The position numbers and the translations under genes were made by a program. Source: Polyangiales bacterium (GTDB lineage: Bacteria; Myxococcota_A; Polyangia; Polyangiales; Polyangiaceae). Taken from it: a stretch of DNA of 31,422 bases. This document shows positions 1 to 9,369 of the stretch, piece by piece. The first letter of the stretch is position 1. The number at the start of each line of letters is the position of its first letter. The stretch spans positions 1 through 31,422 of the forward strand of contig JBBRNJ010000094.1 in the NCBI GenBank assembly GCA_038230375.1, written 5' to 3'. A model generated the notes under the pieces. It had not been told where the DNA came from. It searched no databases and saw only the letters and a list, made by a program, of their open reading frames with translations.

Positions 1-420
1 GCGTCGCGTGGCGCGTTCTTCCGCCTTCGCAATGTGGAGGAGCACGACGTGGCGGTCTTCACGGCGTGGCTCTCCGAGCTCACACCACATCCCGAGCCAG
101 GTGCACGCGCGCGGTGCCCGAGCTGCGCAGAGCCCATGGACCGGATGACCGCGCTCCAGCGCGACGAGGGCATCGCTCTGGACACGTGCTTCGCCCACGG
201 CATCTGGTTCGACGGTGGGGAGCTCGAGGCAGCACGCGCCCACGAGACCGTCATCCCCCATCCCCTGTCCAAGGTCGACGAGGCGCGGCTTGTCACGCTG
301 CTCCACGGTCCCGCATCCGCCAACCTGTCGCTCCCGCATGTCCGTGTGCGACAGCTCCCGGCGGACCGAGCAGAGCACGGCTTCCTCTGGTGGCTGCTAC
401 ATCTCTTCGCCGATGAATGA
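1..420 (+). CDS. zf-TFIIB-type zinc-ribbon protein, 5' partial
   Basis: The frame is open from base 1 (ASRGAFFRLRNVEE...). It contains CPSC...DTCFAHGIWFDGGEL, the bacterial zf-TFIIB-like motif, and resembles the CDS at 29160-29711. Confidence 0.7.
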   Translation, partial: ASRGAFFRLRNVEEHDVAVFTAWLSELTPHPEPGARARCPSCAEPMDRMTALQRDEGIALDTCFAHGIWFDGGELEAARAHETVIPHPLSKVDEARLVTLLHGPASANLSLPHVRVRQLPADRAEHGFLWWLLHLFADE

Positions 421-582
421 GACGCGACAAATAAAACGTCGCAACTACGCCACTTTGACGCTGTCTCCAGTGAGACATTCCGCGTGATGTAGGGACATGT
501 CCTACTGAACGTGCGAGCTGAAGCGAGAAAAGACCACATCGGCCCCTCGCACCCCACCTTTACGTGCTACGGACGGGCGTTC

Positions 583-1368
583 ATGTCAGCGGTCATCAAT
601 CTCGAAGGCAAGGTCGCGATCGTCACGGGTGGAAGCCGTGGCATCGGTGAGGAGATCGCGCGAACGTTTGCCGCGCACGGCGCAAAGGTCGTGATCGCTG
701 CCCGCAAGATCGACAGCCTGGCCAGTGTTGCCGCGTCCATCGGTCCGAATGCGCACGCCATCGCGGCGCACACCGGCAAGGAAGAGGACTGCGCGCGTCT
801 CGTCACCGAGACCGTGGCGAAGTTTGGCAAGGTCGACGTCCTCGTGAACAACGCGGCCACGAACCCGTACTTCGGCCCGTTCCTCGACGTCGACATGGGC
901 GCCTGGGACAAGACGTTCGAGGTGAACGTGAAGGGCTATTTCTGGCTCGCGCGCGAGGTGGTGAAGCACCTGCGCACGCGCAACGGCGAAAGTGGCCGCG
1001 GTGGCAGCATCGTCAACATCGCGAGCGTCGCAGGCCTGATGGCCAGCCCCGCGCAGGGCGTCTACGCCATGACGAAGGCCGCGATCATCTCCATGACGAA
1101 GACGCTCGCGTACGAGCTCGCTGGCGGCGCGGGCATTGGCAATCCGATCCGCGTGAACGCGATCGCGCCTGGATTCATCGATACGAAGTTCGCGGGCGCC
1201 ATCCTGAAAAATGAGTCTCTTCTGAACGAAGTGGTGGCACGCACTCCGATGAAGCGCTACGGCGTCCCCCACGAAATCGCTGGGGGAGCTCTGTACTTGG
1301 CGAGTGATGCGGCCAGTTTCTTGACTGGGCACACGCTCGTCATTGATGGTGGGATGACGGTTTCATAG
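583..1368 (+). CDS. SDR family NAD(P)-dependent oxidoreductase
   Basis: TGGSRGIG Rossmann motif, NNAA, catalytic YAMTK (YxxxK), and C-terminal TGHTLVIDGG. Start moved to ATG 583. Confidence 0.95.
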   Translation: MSAVINLEGKVAIVTGGSRGIGEEIARTFAAHGAKVVIAARKIDSLASVAASIGPNAHAIAAHTGKEEDCARLVTETVAKFGKVDVLVNNAATNPYFGPFLDVDMGAWDKTFEVNVKGYFWLAREVVKHLRTRNGESGRGGSIVNIASVAGLMASPAQGVYAMTKAAIISMTKTLAYELAGGAGIGNPIRVNAIAPGFIDTKFAGAILKNESLLNEVVARTPMKRYGVPHEIAGGALYLASDAASFLTGHTLVIDGGMTVS

Positions 1369-2916
1369 ATGCAGTCGGGAAAGGTCGTCGCAGGCAAATA
1401 TCGCCTCAATCAGCTACTCGGAACGGGTGGCATGGCCGAGGTGTGGTCTGCGACCAACGTGATGACGGATCGCCAGTTCGCGATCAAGTTCATGAACCCC
1501 GAGGTCACGAAGTCCAAGGAGGCGGCCGCCCGCTTCATGAAGGAGGCGAAGGTCTCCGCGCGCATCGACCACCCCAACGTCATCGACGTCATCGACGTGG
1601 GTCAGACCGACGACGGCGCGCTCTTCATGGTGATGGAGCTCCTCACGGGCGTCACCCTCGAGGTCGCGATCCGCAGGCAGCAGCCGCCGATGAGCCTGCA
1701 CGAGTTCGCGTTCGTGATGGTGGAGGTCGCGCGCGCGCTCGCTGCTGCGCACCGCGCTGGCGTCGTTCACCGCGACCTGAAGCCCACGAACATCTTCCTG
1801 CACAAGGACAAGAGCGGTGCGGCGGTCCCGAAGCTGCTCGACTTTGGCGTCAGTAAGTTCCTGGAAGAGGATCACAACAGCGGCCTCACCATGGCGGGCA
1901 CCGTGCTCGGCTCGCCGCTCTACATGAGCCCGGAGCAGGCGCGCGGCGACGTGCAGATCGACCACCGCAGCGACATCTTCGCGTTCGGCGCGATCATGTT
2001 CGAGGCGCTTTCCGGCGCACGCGCCTTCGACGCACCGAACTTCAACGCGCTCATCGTGAACATCGCTACGAAGCAGCCGAAGGACATCGACGTCGTCGCG
2101 CCCATGATGCCGGAGTCGCTTCGCGAGATCGTCAAGCTGTGTCTGGAGACCGACCGCAACCGCCGCGCGCCCAACCTGGACGCCGTGGGAGAGATGCTCT
2201 TCTCTGCGCTCCCGGGTCTGGACAAGAGCCCGATGCGACTGCCCGCGCCGCGCACGCTCCTCGCAGGTCACGATCCGGACGCGACGAACGCGCTGCCGGT
2301 GGTGAGGCCGAGTGATCGTCCGCCGCCCGCACCGGTGAACAGCGGGATGAACTCGGGCCCGCCGATGAACTCCGGGATGAACTCTTCCCCCCCGCCGGGC
2401 TACGCGCATCCGTGGCAGACGCCGGCATTCGCATCCACCACGTTCTCGCGCAAGAAGCAGCAGGCGCTCGTGTGGGGCATCGCCGGCGGCGCGATGATCT
2501 TCGTTTTCCTGGTGGTCGCGTTCGTGACCATCGCGATCCGCAGCCGCGGCGTTGGCGCGGGCAACGCCATTGCGTCCAGCCCCCCGCTCCCGGCCACCAC
2601 CGTGATCGGCCAGGCCACACCAAAATCTTCCTCCGACCCGCCGACGATCGACATCAACACGCTCCCGGTGGCGAACCAGCAGCTGAGCCCGGTGGGCAAG
2701 GGCATGGGTCGCCTCTTCATCGGTTCGTCCGCGGGCTGGTGCGCCATCTCCGTCGACGGCAACAAGAAGGGCCCCACTCCCCTCCCCGCGATCGACGTCC
2801 CGACAGGCCCGCACCAGCTGCGCTGCGAGCCACCGAACGGGAAGCCCACGCAGGTCGCAAACGTGATGGTGATGGACGGTCAGACCGCGCGCTACTCGTT
2901 CAAGCTGGACGAGTAG
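1369..2916 (+). CDS. Membrane Hanks-type Ser/Thr protein kinase with C-terminal PEGA-like domain
   Basis: GTGGMA glycine loop, FAIK, HRDLKPTN, DFG and YMSPEQ motifs. These are followed by a Pro-rich linker, one TM segment (WGIAGGAMIFVFLVVAFVTIAI) and a PEGA-like tail (ISVDG..GPTP...GPHQL). Starts immediately after the SDR stop. Confidence 0.93.
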   Translation: MQSGKVVAGKYRLNQLLGTGGMAEVWSATNVMTDRQFAIKFMNPEVTKSKEAAARFMKEAKVSARIDHPNVIDVIDVGQTDDGALFMVMELLTGVTLEVAIRRQQPPMSLHEFAFVMVEVARALAAAHRAGVVHRDLKPTNIFLHKDKSGAAVPKLLDFGVSKFLEEDHNSGLTMAGTVLGSPLYMSPEQARGDVQIDHRSDIFAFGAIMFEALSGARAFDAPNFNALIVNIATKQPKDIDVVAPMMPESLREIVKLCLETDRNRRAPNLDAVGEMLFSALPGLDKSPMRLPAPRTLLAGHDPDATNALPVVRPSDRPPPAPVNSGMNSGPPMNSGMNSSPPPGYAHPWQTPAFASTTFSRKKQQALVWGIAGGAMIFVFLVVAFVTIAIRSRGVGAGNAIASSPPLPATTVIGQATPKSSSDPPTIDINTLPVANQQLSPVGKGMGRLFIGSSAGWCAISVDGNKKGPTPLPAIDVPTGPHQLRCEPPNGKPTQVANVMVMDGQTARYSFKLDE

Positions 2917-3745
2917 GTAGATCCCCCCCAAAGATCAGCCCGATCCGCTGCGTTGCGGCTCGGTAGGACGCGACCGTGACCGTCACTTCTTCGCCGACCG
3001 AGAGGACCTCGGCGGGCATTCGCGCAGCACACGCAGGGATGTCCGAGACGTGGAGGAGCGCTTCGATACCGCCGAGATCTACGAAGGCGCCGTACGCCGT
3101 CAACGTGCGCACCCAGCCGCGCAACACGGCGCCCTCGTGAACCTTCGCCAGCGCCTCCACCGCCTGTCGGTCGCGTCGCTCCTCGAGGATGGTCCGACGC
3201 GAGACAGTGAGGGACTCGGAGCGGATGTTGTATTGCACGACGCGCACTTCGAGCTTCATTCCAACGAGACGATCAGGGCGCCGAACGGCTCGGAGGTCAA
3301 CTTGGTCCGCCGAAAGAAATGCCGGCCGGCCGACGTCCACGTGCCATCCGTCGGGGACCGCACCGCGCACAATCGCGGTCAAAGAAGTCTTGTCTTCGAA
3401 CGCCGCCCCGATCCGACGCCAGCGCTCCTCCTGGGCCATGTCTGCCTCGGGGGTGAGCGCGGCTTCTTCGGTCAGCCAGGACGCGTAGCCCTGCACCGTC
3501 AGGGTGTCGACGCCTTCGCCAAGGGCCGGAAAGAGCTCCGCGCGAATGGAGGCGGACATGCCGTCCGGCGTGACGACGATGACGCCGTGCTCAGCCGATG
3601 GGCGAAGTCGCCGCCCTTCAAGAATGCGGTCCTTCGTTCGTGCGACGACGTCCCGGGCGTCCTCGACGCTTGCGACTTCGCCAACATCCACCTCGTAGCA
3701 ACAGTCGGCGCTGTCGTCGCTCCGGATCTCGTCATCGAAAGGCAA
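2900..3745 (-). CDS. Protein with two S1 RNA-binding domains (RpsA-like) and an unrelated N-terminal region
   Basis: GWVRTLTAYGAFVDLGGIEALLHVSDI and a preceding S1-like unit (AFLSADQVDLR...VSRRTILEE). The start is uncertain (TTG 3745 or GTG 3766). The ORF-track extension to 4243 overlaps the haloperoxidase gene and is rejected. Confidence 0.7.
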   Translation of the reverse strand: MPFDDEIRSDDSADCCYEVDVGEVASVEDARDVVARTKDRILEGRRLRPSAEHGVIVVTPDGMSASIRAELFPALGEGVDTLTVQGYASWLTEEAALTPEADMAQEERWRRIGAAFEDKTSLTAIVRGAVPDGWHVDVGRPAFLSADQVDLRAVRRPDRLVGMKLEVRVVQYNIRSESLTVSRRTILEERRDRQAVEALAKVHEGAVLRGWVRTLTAYGAFVDLGGIEALLHVSDIPACAARMPAEVLSVGEEVTVTVASYRAATQRIGLIFGGDLPTRPA

Positions 3746-3788
3746 GGGGGTCGTAGGTCGTTGCACGGGGGCGGGTCTTGATGAGGAG

Positions 3789-6680
3789 CTAGTAGTACGT
3801 CCGAGCAAGCGCGACGGCGTCCAGGCCGACCTGATGGCCGATCTTGCGGCCCGCAAAGTCGTCCGGTGGGATGTGGATGCTTCCCCACAGCCGTGACTGG
3901 CCCGCCTGGTCGGAGGCGTCGAAGTAGGTCGCCCACTGCAGGCGCACCTCCTTGGTGGGACCCTTCTCGAAGGTGAGGAACGTGTCCTTGGATGCAACGA
4001 ACTCGCCGAGGCCGCCCGGGAAGTACTCGCTGCCCGTGATGACGGTGAGCACCTCTGCGCCGGCGCGGCTGAACGTGCTGTGCCCGGAGATGAACGGAGG
4101 GAACGCCGGCGTGACGAACGTTCTGCGCTGATAGGTGATCCAGTCCACCGCGCGGATCCAGCCCACGCCGGCGACCTGATTCGCGCGGTCGCCCGGCTCG
4201 CCGAGCCAGTTCTTGACTGCGATCTGACCGACGTAGAAGCCAAGATGCGCGTGCCGCTCTCCCGGCGCGCTGCTCTCCTTGGTGATGAGCTCGATCAGGC
4301 CGGGTACGAGCGGCAGGCCTTCGGGATCGTAGGCAGTGCCCGTCTTGTCCGTCGACTGTCCCTTGCCGCCCATGTAGCGAACGAGCGAGATCGGGCGCGC
4401 CGTCGTCGTGCGGCGCTTCACATCCCAGGCCGCGATCGCCGCGTCGTGAAGGGCGCCATTGAGTGCAATATACACATGAACGTCCCACGCCAGCCGATCG
4501 AGCGGCTCGCCTTTGCCAAAGAGCTGACGTTTGAAGTCGGGATGGTCGCTCACCGAGTTCGCCATGACGTTCCAGTGACCCGGCGGCGTCTCGGACTTTG
4601 GTCCGTCTGCCCAGAACTCCGCCATCACGCGAGCGAAGTCCGCCTGGAGCGCCACGTTGGGCGCGTACGGCTTTCCGGTGACGGGGTTCTTCGCGTAGCC
4701 CTTGCCGTCGTTCGTGCCGAGCGGGTTCTTGCCGAACGCAGCTGGCGAGACGTCGACGGTCGTGGGATCCGCCGGGTCGAGCGATGCGCCCTTCTTGATC
4801 ACGTCCACGATCCACTTCTGCATGTCGGGGCCCAGCTTCGGCGCGGGGCCCGCGTCCTTCCACGGCACCTTGTCCGATGCGCGCTTCATCGCGAACGGCG
4901 GCACGCTGCCCCACTGCGCGCCGATGTACGCCTGGATGCCCGACGGAAGGATGATGCCGTTCTGGGTCGCAGCCATGGCCAGGTTCAGCTGCTGCCAGTG
5001 ATCCGGATCCTTCAGCAGGGCGCCCGCGCTGTCGTAGACGAGCGGTGGGTTCGGCGACGTGTAGCCCGTGGTGTCTACGTAGTCGTTCGCCTCGTTGGAC
5101 CCGTCGTCCTTGAACTTCTCCAGGATGATGTGCGAGACGTGATTGCCCAAGGCGATCGGATCGTCGACCCCATTCGCGCCGGGCGGCGCCTGATCGTGCG
5201 TGTCGTCCGCGTCGTAGCCAAGGTCCTTCATCACCGCGCGCAGGCACGCCACGGTCGTTGCGCCGCCGATGGCCTTCTTGTAGCGCTGCGTGAGGACTCC
5301 GTACGCGGCGTAGCTCACGGCGGTGCGGCGCGCCTTGTCCCAGTCCGTTGCGGTGTGGCGCTCGTTCACGAAGACGCCCTTCGCCTTCTGATCGTACGCA
5401 GCCCACGCGTCCCACATGGCGGCGGACATGTGGAACAGGTTGCGTGCGTGCACGGTGGGGCGCGGCAAATCGAGCCGGATCGCAGCAAGCGCCTGTTCGT
5501 CCCACCGCCGCGCGACGGAGCCGGTCTTGCCCGCGATGAGCGTGCCCGATGGACACTCCGCGGGGCCGCCCGCGTCGGCCGCGCCTGCGTCGAACGGGGC
5601 CCCGCCCTCGGAGCTCGCGTCGTCTTCGATGACGACCGGCAACACCCTCTCGCCGAAATGAATGAGCATGCCGTTGTCGAGCGCGGGGGTGAGCACGTTA
5701 CCGCCAACGGACCAGACCCCGCCCTTCGTGTCCGCGAAGATGGAGTGGAGCGAGGACGCAGGGGGCATGGTGAGCCCATGGTCGACCACCTTGAACGGCC
5801 CGATGCCGCCCTTCTCGCGGTGGTAGACGAAGCCGCGCTCACCGCTGGCCCAGTCGCCACCGTCGCTCGCGAAGATGCCTTGAATCAAGCCGGCGGAAGG
5901 CGGGGAGTTGTTCGTCCATGCGCCCTTCGCGCCATCGAGCAGCACGCCGTTGCCGCTGCCACCGACCGCGATCAATCGATCGCCGGTCGCGGATACCGTG
6001 AACAGGGTCTCCTTCGTACCGCTGGGCACGACCTGGAACGGGCCGGTCCCGGTGCGCTTCAAGATGGCGCCGCCTGCGCCGACGACCCACACGTCGTCCT
6101 TCGCGCCGACGACCTTGAAGAACCCGGGGACCTCACCGGACGCGAGCCGAGGCACGTCGAGCGGGATGGCCTCGTTGTCGAATTTTTTGTCGTGGTAGTG
6201 CCAGATGAACCCGTTGCGTCCGCCGGCCTGACCGACGGCGTAGAAGTCGTCGCCGCTCGTGCCCCACACGCCATACACCGTGTGCTTGCCAAGGCCCGGC
6301 GTCGGCATGCGCTCGAAGCGCGCGCCGTCGTAGCGAATCACGGTGCCGCTCGCGCCGCCCATGAGGACCGGTCCGCTTTGCAGGGCCTGTACCCACCAGA
6401 GGTCGCCGCGGTGACCGGTCTTGAGCTCACGCCATTTTCGCCCGTCGAAGTGGAGGACGAGCGGGCCGTGCCCCTTGTCGGAGCCAACGGCGAAGATGTC
6501 TGAGTCGCGGCCGCTCACCGAGAGCAGTGCGGAGGGGAGCTCGCTCGCGAGCACCTGCCACTCCTTCTTGCTCGGCCCGGCCTCGGCAGACGCGTCTCCG
6601 CCGCCGGCAGACTTGCTGCCACACCCTGCCGCGGCGACGAACGCCACCATGACAACCGAAGAGACGAGAAACGATTTCAC
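3789..6680 (-). CDS. Lipoprotein: N-terminal beta-propeller-like repeats fused to a vanadium-dependent haloperoxidase (PAP2 superfamily) domain
   Basis: All three vanadate/phosphate-binding motifs are present: KRRTTTARP (Kx6RP), PPFISGH and SRLWGSIHIPPD (SRx5Hx3D). The signal peptide ends AAAGC, and VWG/WAVG/ILHxDG-type repeats fill the N-terminal third. GGAGG lies just upstream of GTG 6680. Confidence 0.85.
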   Translation of the reverse strand: MKSFLVSSVVMVAFVAAAGCGSKSAGGGDASAEAGPSKKEWQVLASELPSALLSVSGRDSDIFAVGSDKGHGPLVLHFDGRKWRELKTGHRGDLWWVQALQSGPVLMGGASGTVIRYDGARFERMPTPGLGKHTVYGVWGTSGDDFYAVGQAGGRNGFIWHYHDKKFDNEAIPLDVPRLASGEVPGFFKVVGAKDDVWVVGAGGAILKRTGTGPFQVVPSGTKETLFTVSATGDRLIAVGGSGNGVLLDGAKGAWTNNSPPSAGLIQGIFASDGGDWASGERGFVYHREKGGIGPFKVVDHGLTMPPASSLHSIFADTKGGVWSVGGNVLTPALDNGMLIHFGERVLPVVIEDDASSEGGAPFDAGAADAGGPAECPSGTLIAGKTGSVARRWDEQALAAIRLDLPRPTVHARNLFHMSAAMWDAWAAYDQKAKGVFVNERHTATDWDKARRTAVSYAAYGVLTQRYKKAIGGATTVACLRAVMKDLGYDADDTHDQAPPGANGVDDPIALGNHVSHIILEKFKDDGSNEANDYVDTTGYTSPNPPLVYDSAGALLKDPDHWQQLNLAMAATQNGIILPSGIQAYIGAQWGSVPPFAMKRASDKVPWKDAGPAPKLGPDMQKWIVDVIKKGASLDPADPTTVDVSPAAFGKNPLGTNDGKGYAKNPVTGKPYAPNVALQADFARVMAEFWADGPKSETPPGHWNVMANSVSDHPDFKRQLFGKGEPLDRLAWDVHVYIALNGALHDAAIAAWDVKRRTTTARPISLVRYMGGKGQSTDKTGTAYDPEGLPLVPGLIELITKESSAPGERHAHLGFYVGQIAVKNWLGEPGDRANQVAGVGWIRAVDWITYQRRTFVTPAFPPFISGHSTFSRAGAEVLTVITGSEYFPGGLGEFVASKDTFLTFEKGPTKEVRLQWATYFDASDQAGQSRLWGSIHIPPDDFAGRKIGHQVGLDAVALARTYY

Positions 6681-6716
6681 CGTGCCTCCCACGAGATCGA
6701 GCGATCGAGAGTTGAG

Positions 6717-7694
6717 CTAAGGGTTCACGAGCGTCGGGGCAATCTGGATGTTGGCGGTCGTGCTGGTCGAGGCGCCGGAAGGGTCGGTCACCGTGACGAC
6801 CACGTCGAGCGGCTTGCCGAGGAACTGCTTGTAGTCGATCCCCTCGTTGTCCAGCTGGTAGCGAATGCCATAGAGCTTGCAGAAGCCGCCTTCGTCGGGA
6901 GCATACGTGAACGCGAGCGTGGTGGGAGGGATCGTGACGTTCGTTCCCGGTTGGACGCCGACGATCTTGGTGGTGGAACCGGCCTGCTTCAGGTTCTTCA
7001 TCCGGGTGGCGATCCAGACGTGGTGACCGCCCTGCGGTCCGGCCTCCGCCTGCAGCGTCTGCATCTTCTGCAGCGGCACGTAGTACGCCTGGCCCGTCCC
7101 GACCTGCAGCGCTGGCGGCCCGCCGTTGAGTGGCTTGCAGCGGTCGGGCGCGTTCGTCGGCCAGTTCGCGGCATAGGTCTCCAGCACCTGCACCGGTACG
7201 TTCGGGGACGCGCAGATGCCCATGATGCACGACGAGGGTGCGGTGCACGTGGGCCCGCTGAGCGGACCCGGGATCTTGGAGTCCTTCGGCGGCAGCGGAT
7301 AGACGATGCAGCGCGACTCGAGCTGCACGCGGAGCAGCGACTTCTTGCCAGGGACGAAATGCGTGGACGAGAGTCGGCGAATCAACGGCGTGGGCGAGTT
7401 CGGATCGCCCATCGCTACGACCTCCACGTCGACCTTCGCATCACCCTTACCCGCGCCCGACAGCGTCTTCTCCCACGGCTGCGGGAACCCAACGCGCGAG
7501 CCGCGCGGCGGCTTCATGTCCTCGTCCGCGACCACCGTGCCGTCGACCTTCACGACGATGTGCAGCGAAGAGACAACCCCACCCATCGGCTCGCTCTGGA
7601 TGCCGACCGTGAGCTCCGTCACGTCCGGCTTGGTGCACGACCCGACGAGGAACACGAACAGGCCAGCCGAGGCGCACGCGCACCAGTTGTGCAT
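6717..7694 (-). CDS. Hypothetical Cys-containing lipoprotein, probably co-transcribed with the haloperoxidase gene
   Basis: Hydrophobic N-terminus ending LVGSC, a Cys-rich middle (CTAPSSCIMGIC), and a C-terminal domain with GPQGGHHVW. Short gap to the downstream gene. Confidence 0.75.
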   Translation of the reverse strand: MHNWCACASAGLFVFLVGSCTKPDVTELTVGIQSEPMGGVVSSLHIVVKVDGTVVADEDMKPPRGSRVGFPQPWEKTLSGAGKGDAKVDVEVVAMGDPNSPTPLIRRLSSTHFVPGKKSLLRVQLESRCIVYPLPPKDSKIPGPLSGPTCTAPSSCIMGICASPNVPVQVLETYAANWPTNAPDRCKPLNGGPPALQVGTGQAYYVPLQKMQTLQAEAGPQGGHHVWIATRMKNLKQAGSTTKIVGVQPGTNVTIPPTTLAFTYAPDEGGFCKLYGIRYQLDNEGIDYKQFLGKPLDVVVTVTDPSGASTSTTANIQIAPTLVNP

Positions 7695-7784
7695 TCGGGC
7701 ACCCTACCAAGCCCTGTCGCGAAAGTCGTAGCTCGTGGGTGCCTGTCGGTTGTGCAAATGAATGATTTCAACCGCCTACAGCGG

Positions 7785-7800
7785 TGGCACGGTCGGTGCG
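7785..7800 (+). promoter_or_regulatory. sigma54-type -24/-12 promoter motif for DUF2330 gene 1
   Basis: TGGCACGGTCGGTGCG matches GG-N10-GC and includes TGGCAC. The -12 C lies 14 nt before ATG 7813. Confidence 0.6.
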
Positions 7801-7812
7801 ATAGGACCTCCC

Positions 7813-9237
7813 ATGAAGAGAAGGATGCTCGCGGCGGTTGGGATCTCGGCTCTGGCAGGCGCGCTCGCGATGGGCGTCGAAGGAAAAGCAGAGGCATGTG
7901 GTGGATGCTTCCACCCGCCGACGCAGGTCGCCTCGGACATCACGGACGAGCGCATGCTGCTCTCCGTCTCCCCAAAACAGACCACGCTCTACGATCAGAT
8001 CCGCTACGCAGGCAGTCCCACGTCGTTCGCGTGGGTGCTTCCGATCCACGGCACCGTGGACGTGGGCCTGTCGGCCGACGTGCTCTTCGACTCCGTCGAC
8101 ACGCTGACCGCGACGCAGATCCAGCCGCCCCAGACCAACTGCCCGCCTCCTCCACAGTGCGGAAACGCGCTCTCCGGCTTCGCGTCGGGCGCGAGCGCCA
8201 GCGACTCCAACGGCGGCAACGTGACCGTCACGAAGGCCGAGAACGTCGGGCCGTACGCGACGGTGCAGCTGCACTCCACGGACTCCGGCTCGCTCGAGAA
8301 GTGGCTCTCGGACAACGGCTTCCAGATCCCCGCGGACGTGAAGCCGATCATCGACCAGTACGTGAAGGAGGGCTTTGACTTCCTCGCGATGAAGCTCCTG
8401 CCGAACCAGGGCGTCCAGGCGATGCGTCCGGTGCGCGTCACCATGCCCGGCGCGTCGCTCTCGCTTCCGCTGCGCATGGCGGCGATCGGCACGGGCGCGA
8501 AGGTCGGCATCACGATCTGGGTCGTCGCTGATGGGCGCTACGAGCCGCAGAATTTCCCCTTCTTTCACATCGACGACAAGGAGCTCGTCTGGGACTTCGC
8601 GGCGAGCCTGAGCAACTACACCACGCTCCGTACGCAGCACGCGACCGATCTCAACGGCAAGGGCTGGGAGATCGAGAGCTCGCTCGACCTTGCGCAGCAG
8701 ACCATCTCCAGCACCATCCTCAGCGGCGGTCGGAACTACGGCTTTGGCGGCGGTGGTGGTGGTGGTGGTCCCGCGGCGAACGCGAGCGACGACTACCTCC
8801 CCGTCTCGACATCGACGGCCACGGCCGACGGCGGCACGAGCACCTCGGAGGGTGGCACGGGAACAACGGACGCGGGCGGTACGGACAAGAGCGCAGACCA
8901 GGTGCGCACCGACGACATCCAGACGCTCTTCGCCGGCATGAATGGCCCGAACGTCCGCATCACGCGCATGCGTGCAGACATCACGCACGAGGCGATGAAC
9001 GTGGACTTCGTCCTGCGCGCGTCGGCGGATCAGTCGGAGGTCTCCAACGTGCGCGCCGTCACGCAGAGCGTGAACCTCACATGCCCGTCGTACCAGGGCT
9101 GCGGTCCGCTCGGCGGCTGTGACCAGTCCTCCGGTCCCCCCACGGGCTCGGGCATCCTCGCCGCGATCGCCGCAGCCCTGGGTCTGGCCGCGCTCCGCCT
9201 TGCCGGCATCCGCCGCCGCGCCTCGCACCGCTCCTGA
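7813..9237 (+). CDS. DUF2330-family exported protein, paralog 1, with MYXO-CTERM-like tail
   Basis: Signal peptide followed by ACGGCF, then FAWVLP, VGPY, WLSDNGF, FLAMKL and LPLRM motifs. The C-terminus is GGC + TM helix + RRR. Confidence 0.85.
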   Translation: MKRRMLAAVGISALAGALAMGVEGKAEACGGCFHPPTQVASDITDERMLLSVSPKQTTLYDQIRYAGSPTSFAWVLPIHGTVDVGLSADVLFDSVDTLTATQIQPPQTNCPPPPQCGNALSGFASGASASDSNGGNVTVTKAENVGPYATVQLHSTDSGSLEKWLSDNGFQIPADVKPIIDQYVKEGFDFLAMKLLPNQGVQAMRPVRVTMPGASLSLPLRMAAIGTGAKVGITIWVVADGRYEPQNFPFFHIDDKELVWDFAASLSNYTTLRTQHATDLNGKGWEIESSLDLAQQTISSTILSGGRNYGFGGGGGGGGPAANASDDYLPVSTSTATADGGTSTSEGGTGTTDAGGTDKSADQVRTDDIQTLFAGMNGPNVRITRMRADITHEAMNVDFVLRASADQSEVSNVRAVTQSVNLTCPSYQGCGPLGGCDQSSGPPTGSGILAAIAAALGLAALRLAGIRRRASHRS

Positions 9238-9299
9238 CGTCGTGCCGAGTTGCGCCACGGCCCGGCATGGCCGTCGCGGTTCACTGAACGAGACCCCTG

Positions 9300-9333
9300 A
9301 CGCCGCTCGAAATCCCCTGGTTTCGAGCGGCGT
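9300..9333 (+). terminator. Perfect 13-bp stem-loop between DUF2330 genes 1 and 2 (probable terminator)
   Basis: ACGCCGCTCGAAA-TCCCCTGG-TTTCGAGCGGCGT, followed by TTCGCATTT. Confidence 0.6.
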
Positions 9334-9340
9334 TTCGCAT

Positions 9341-9357
9341 TTGGCCCGGAAGCTGCT
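9341..9357 (+). promoter_or_regulatory. sigma54-type -24/-12 promoter motif for DUF2330 gene 2
   Basis: TTGGCCCGGAAGCTGCT matches GG-N10-GC. The -12 C lies 14 nt before ATG 9370, the same spacing as gene 1. Confidence 0.6.
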
Positions 9358-9369
9358 CCAGGGAGTCCC

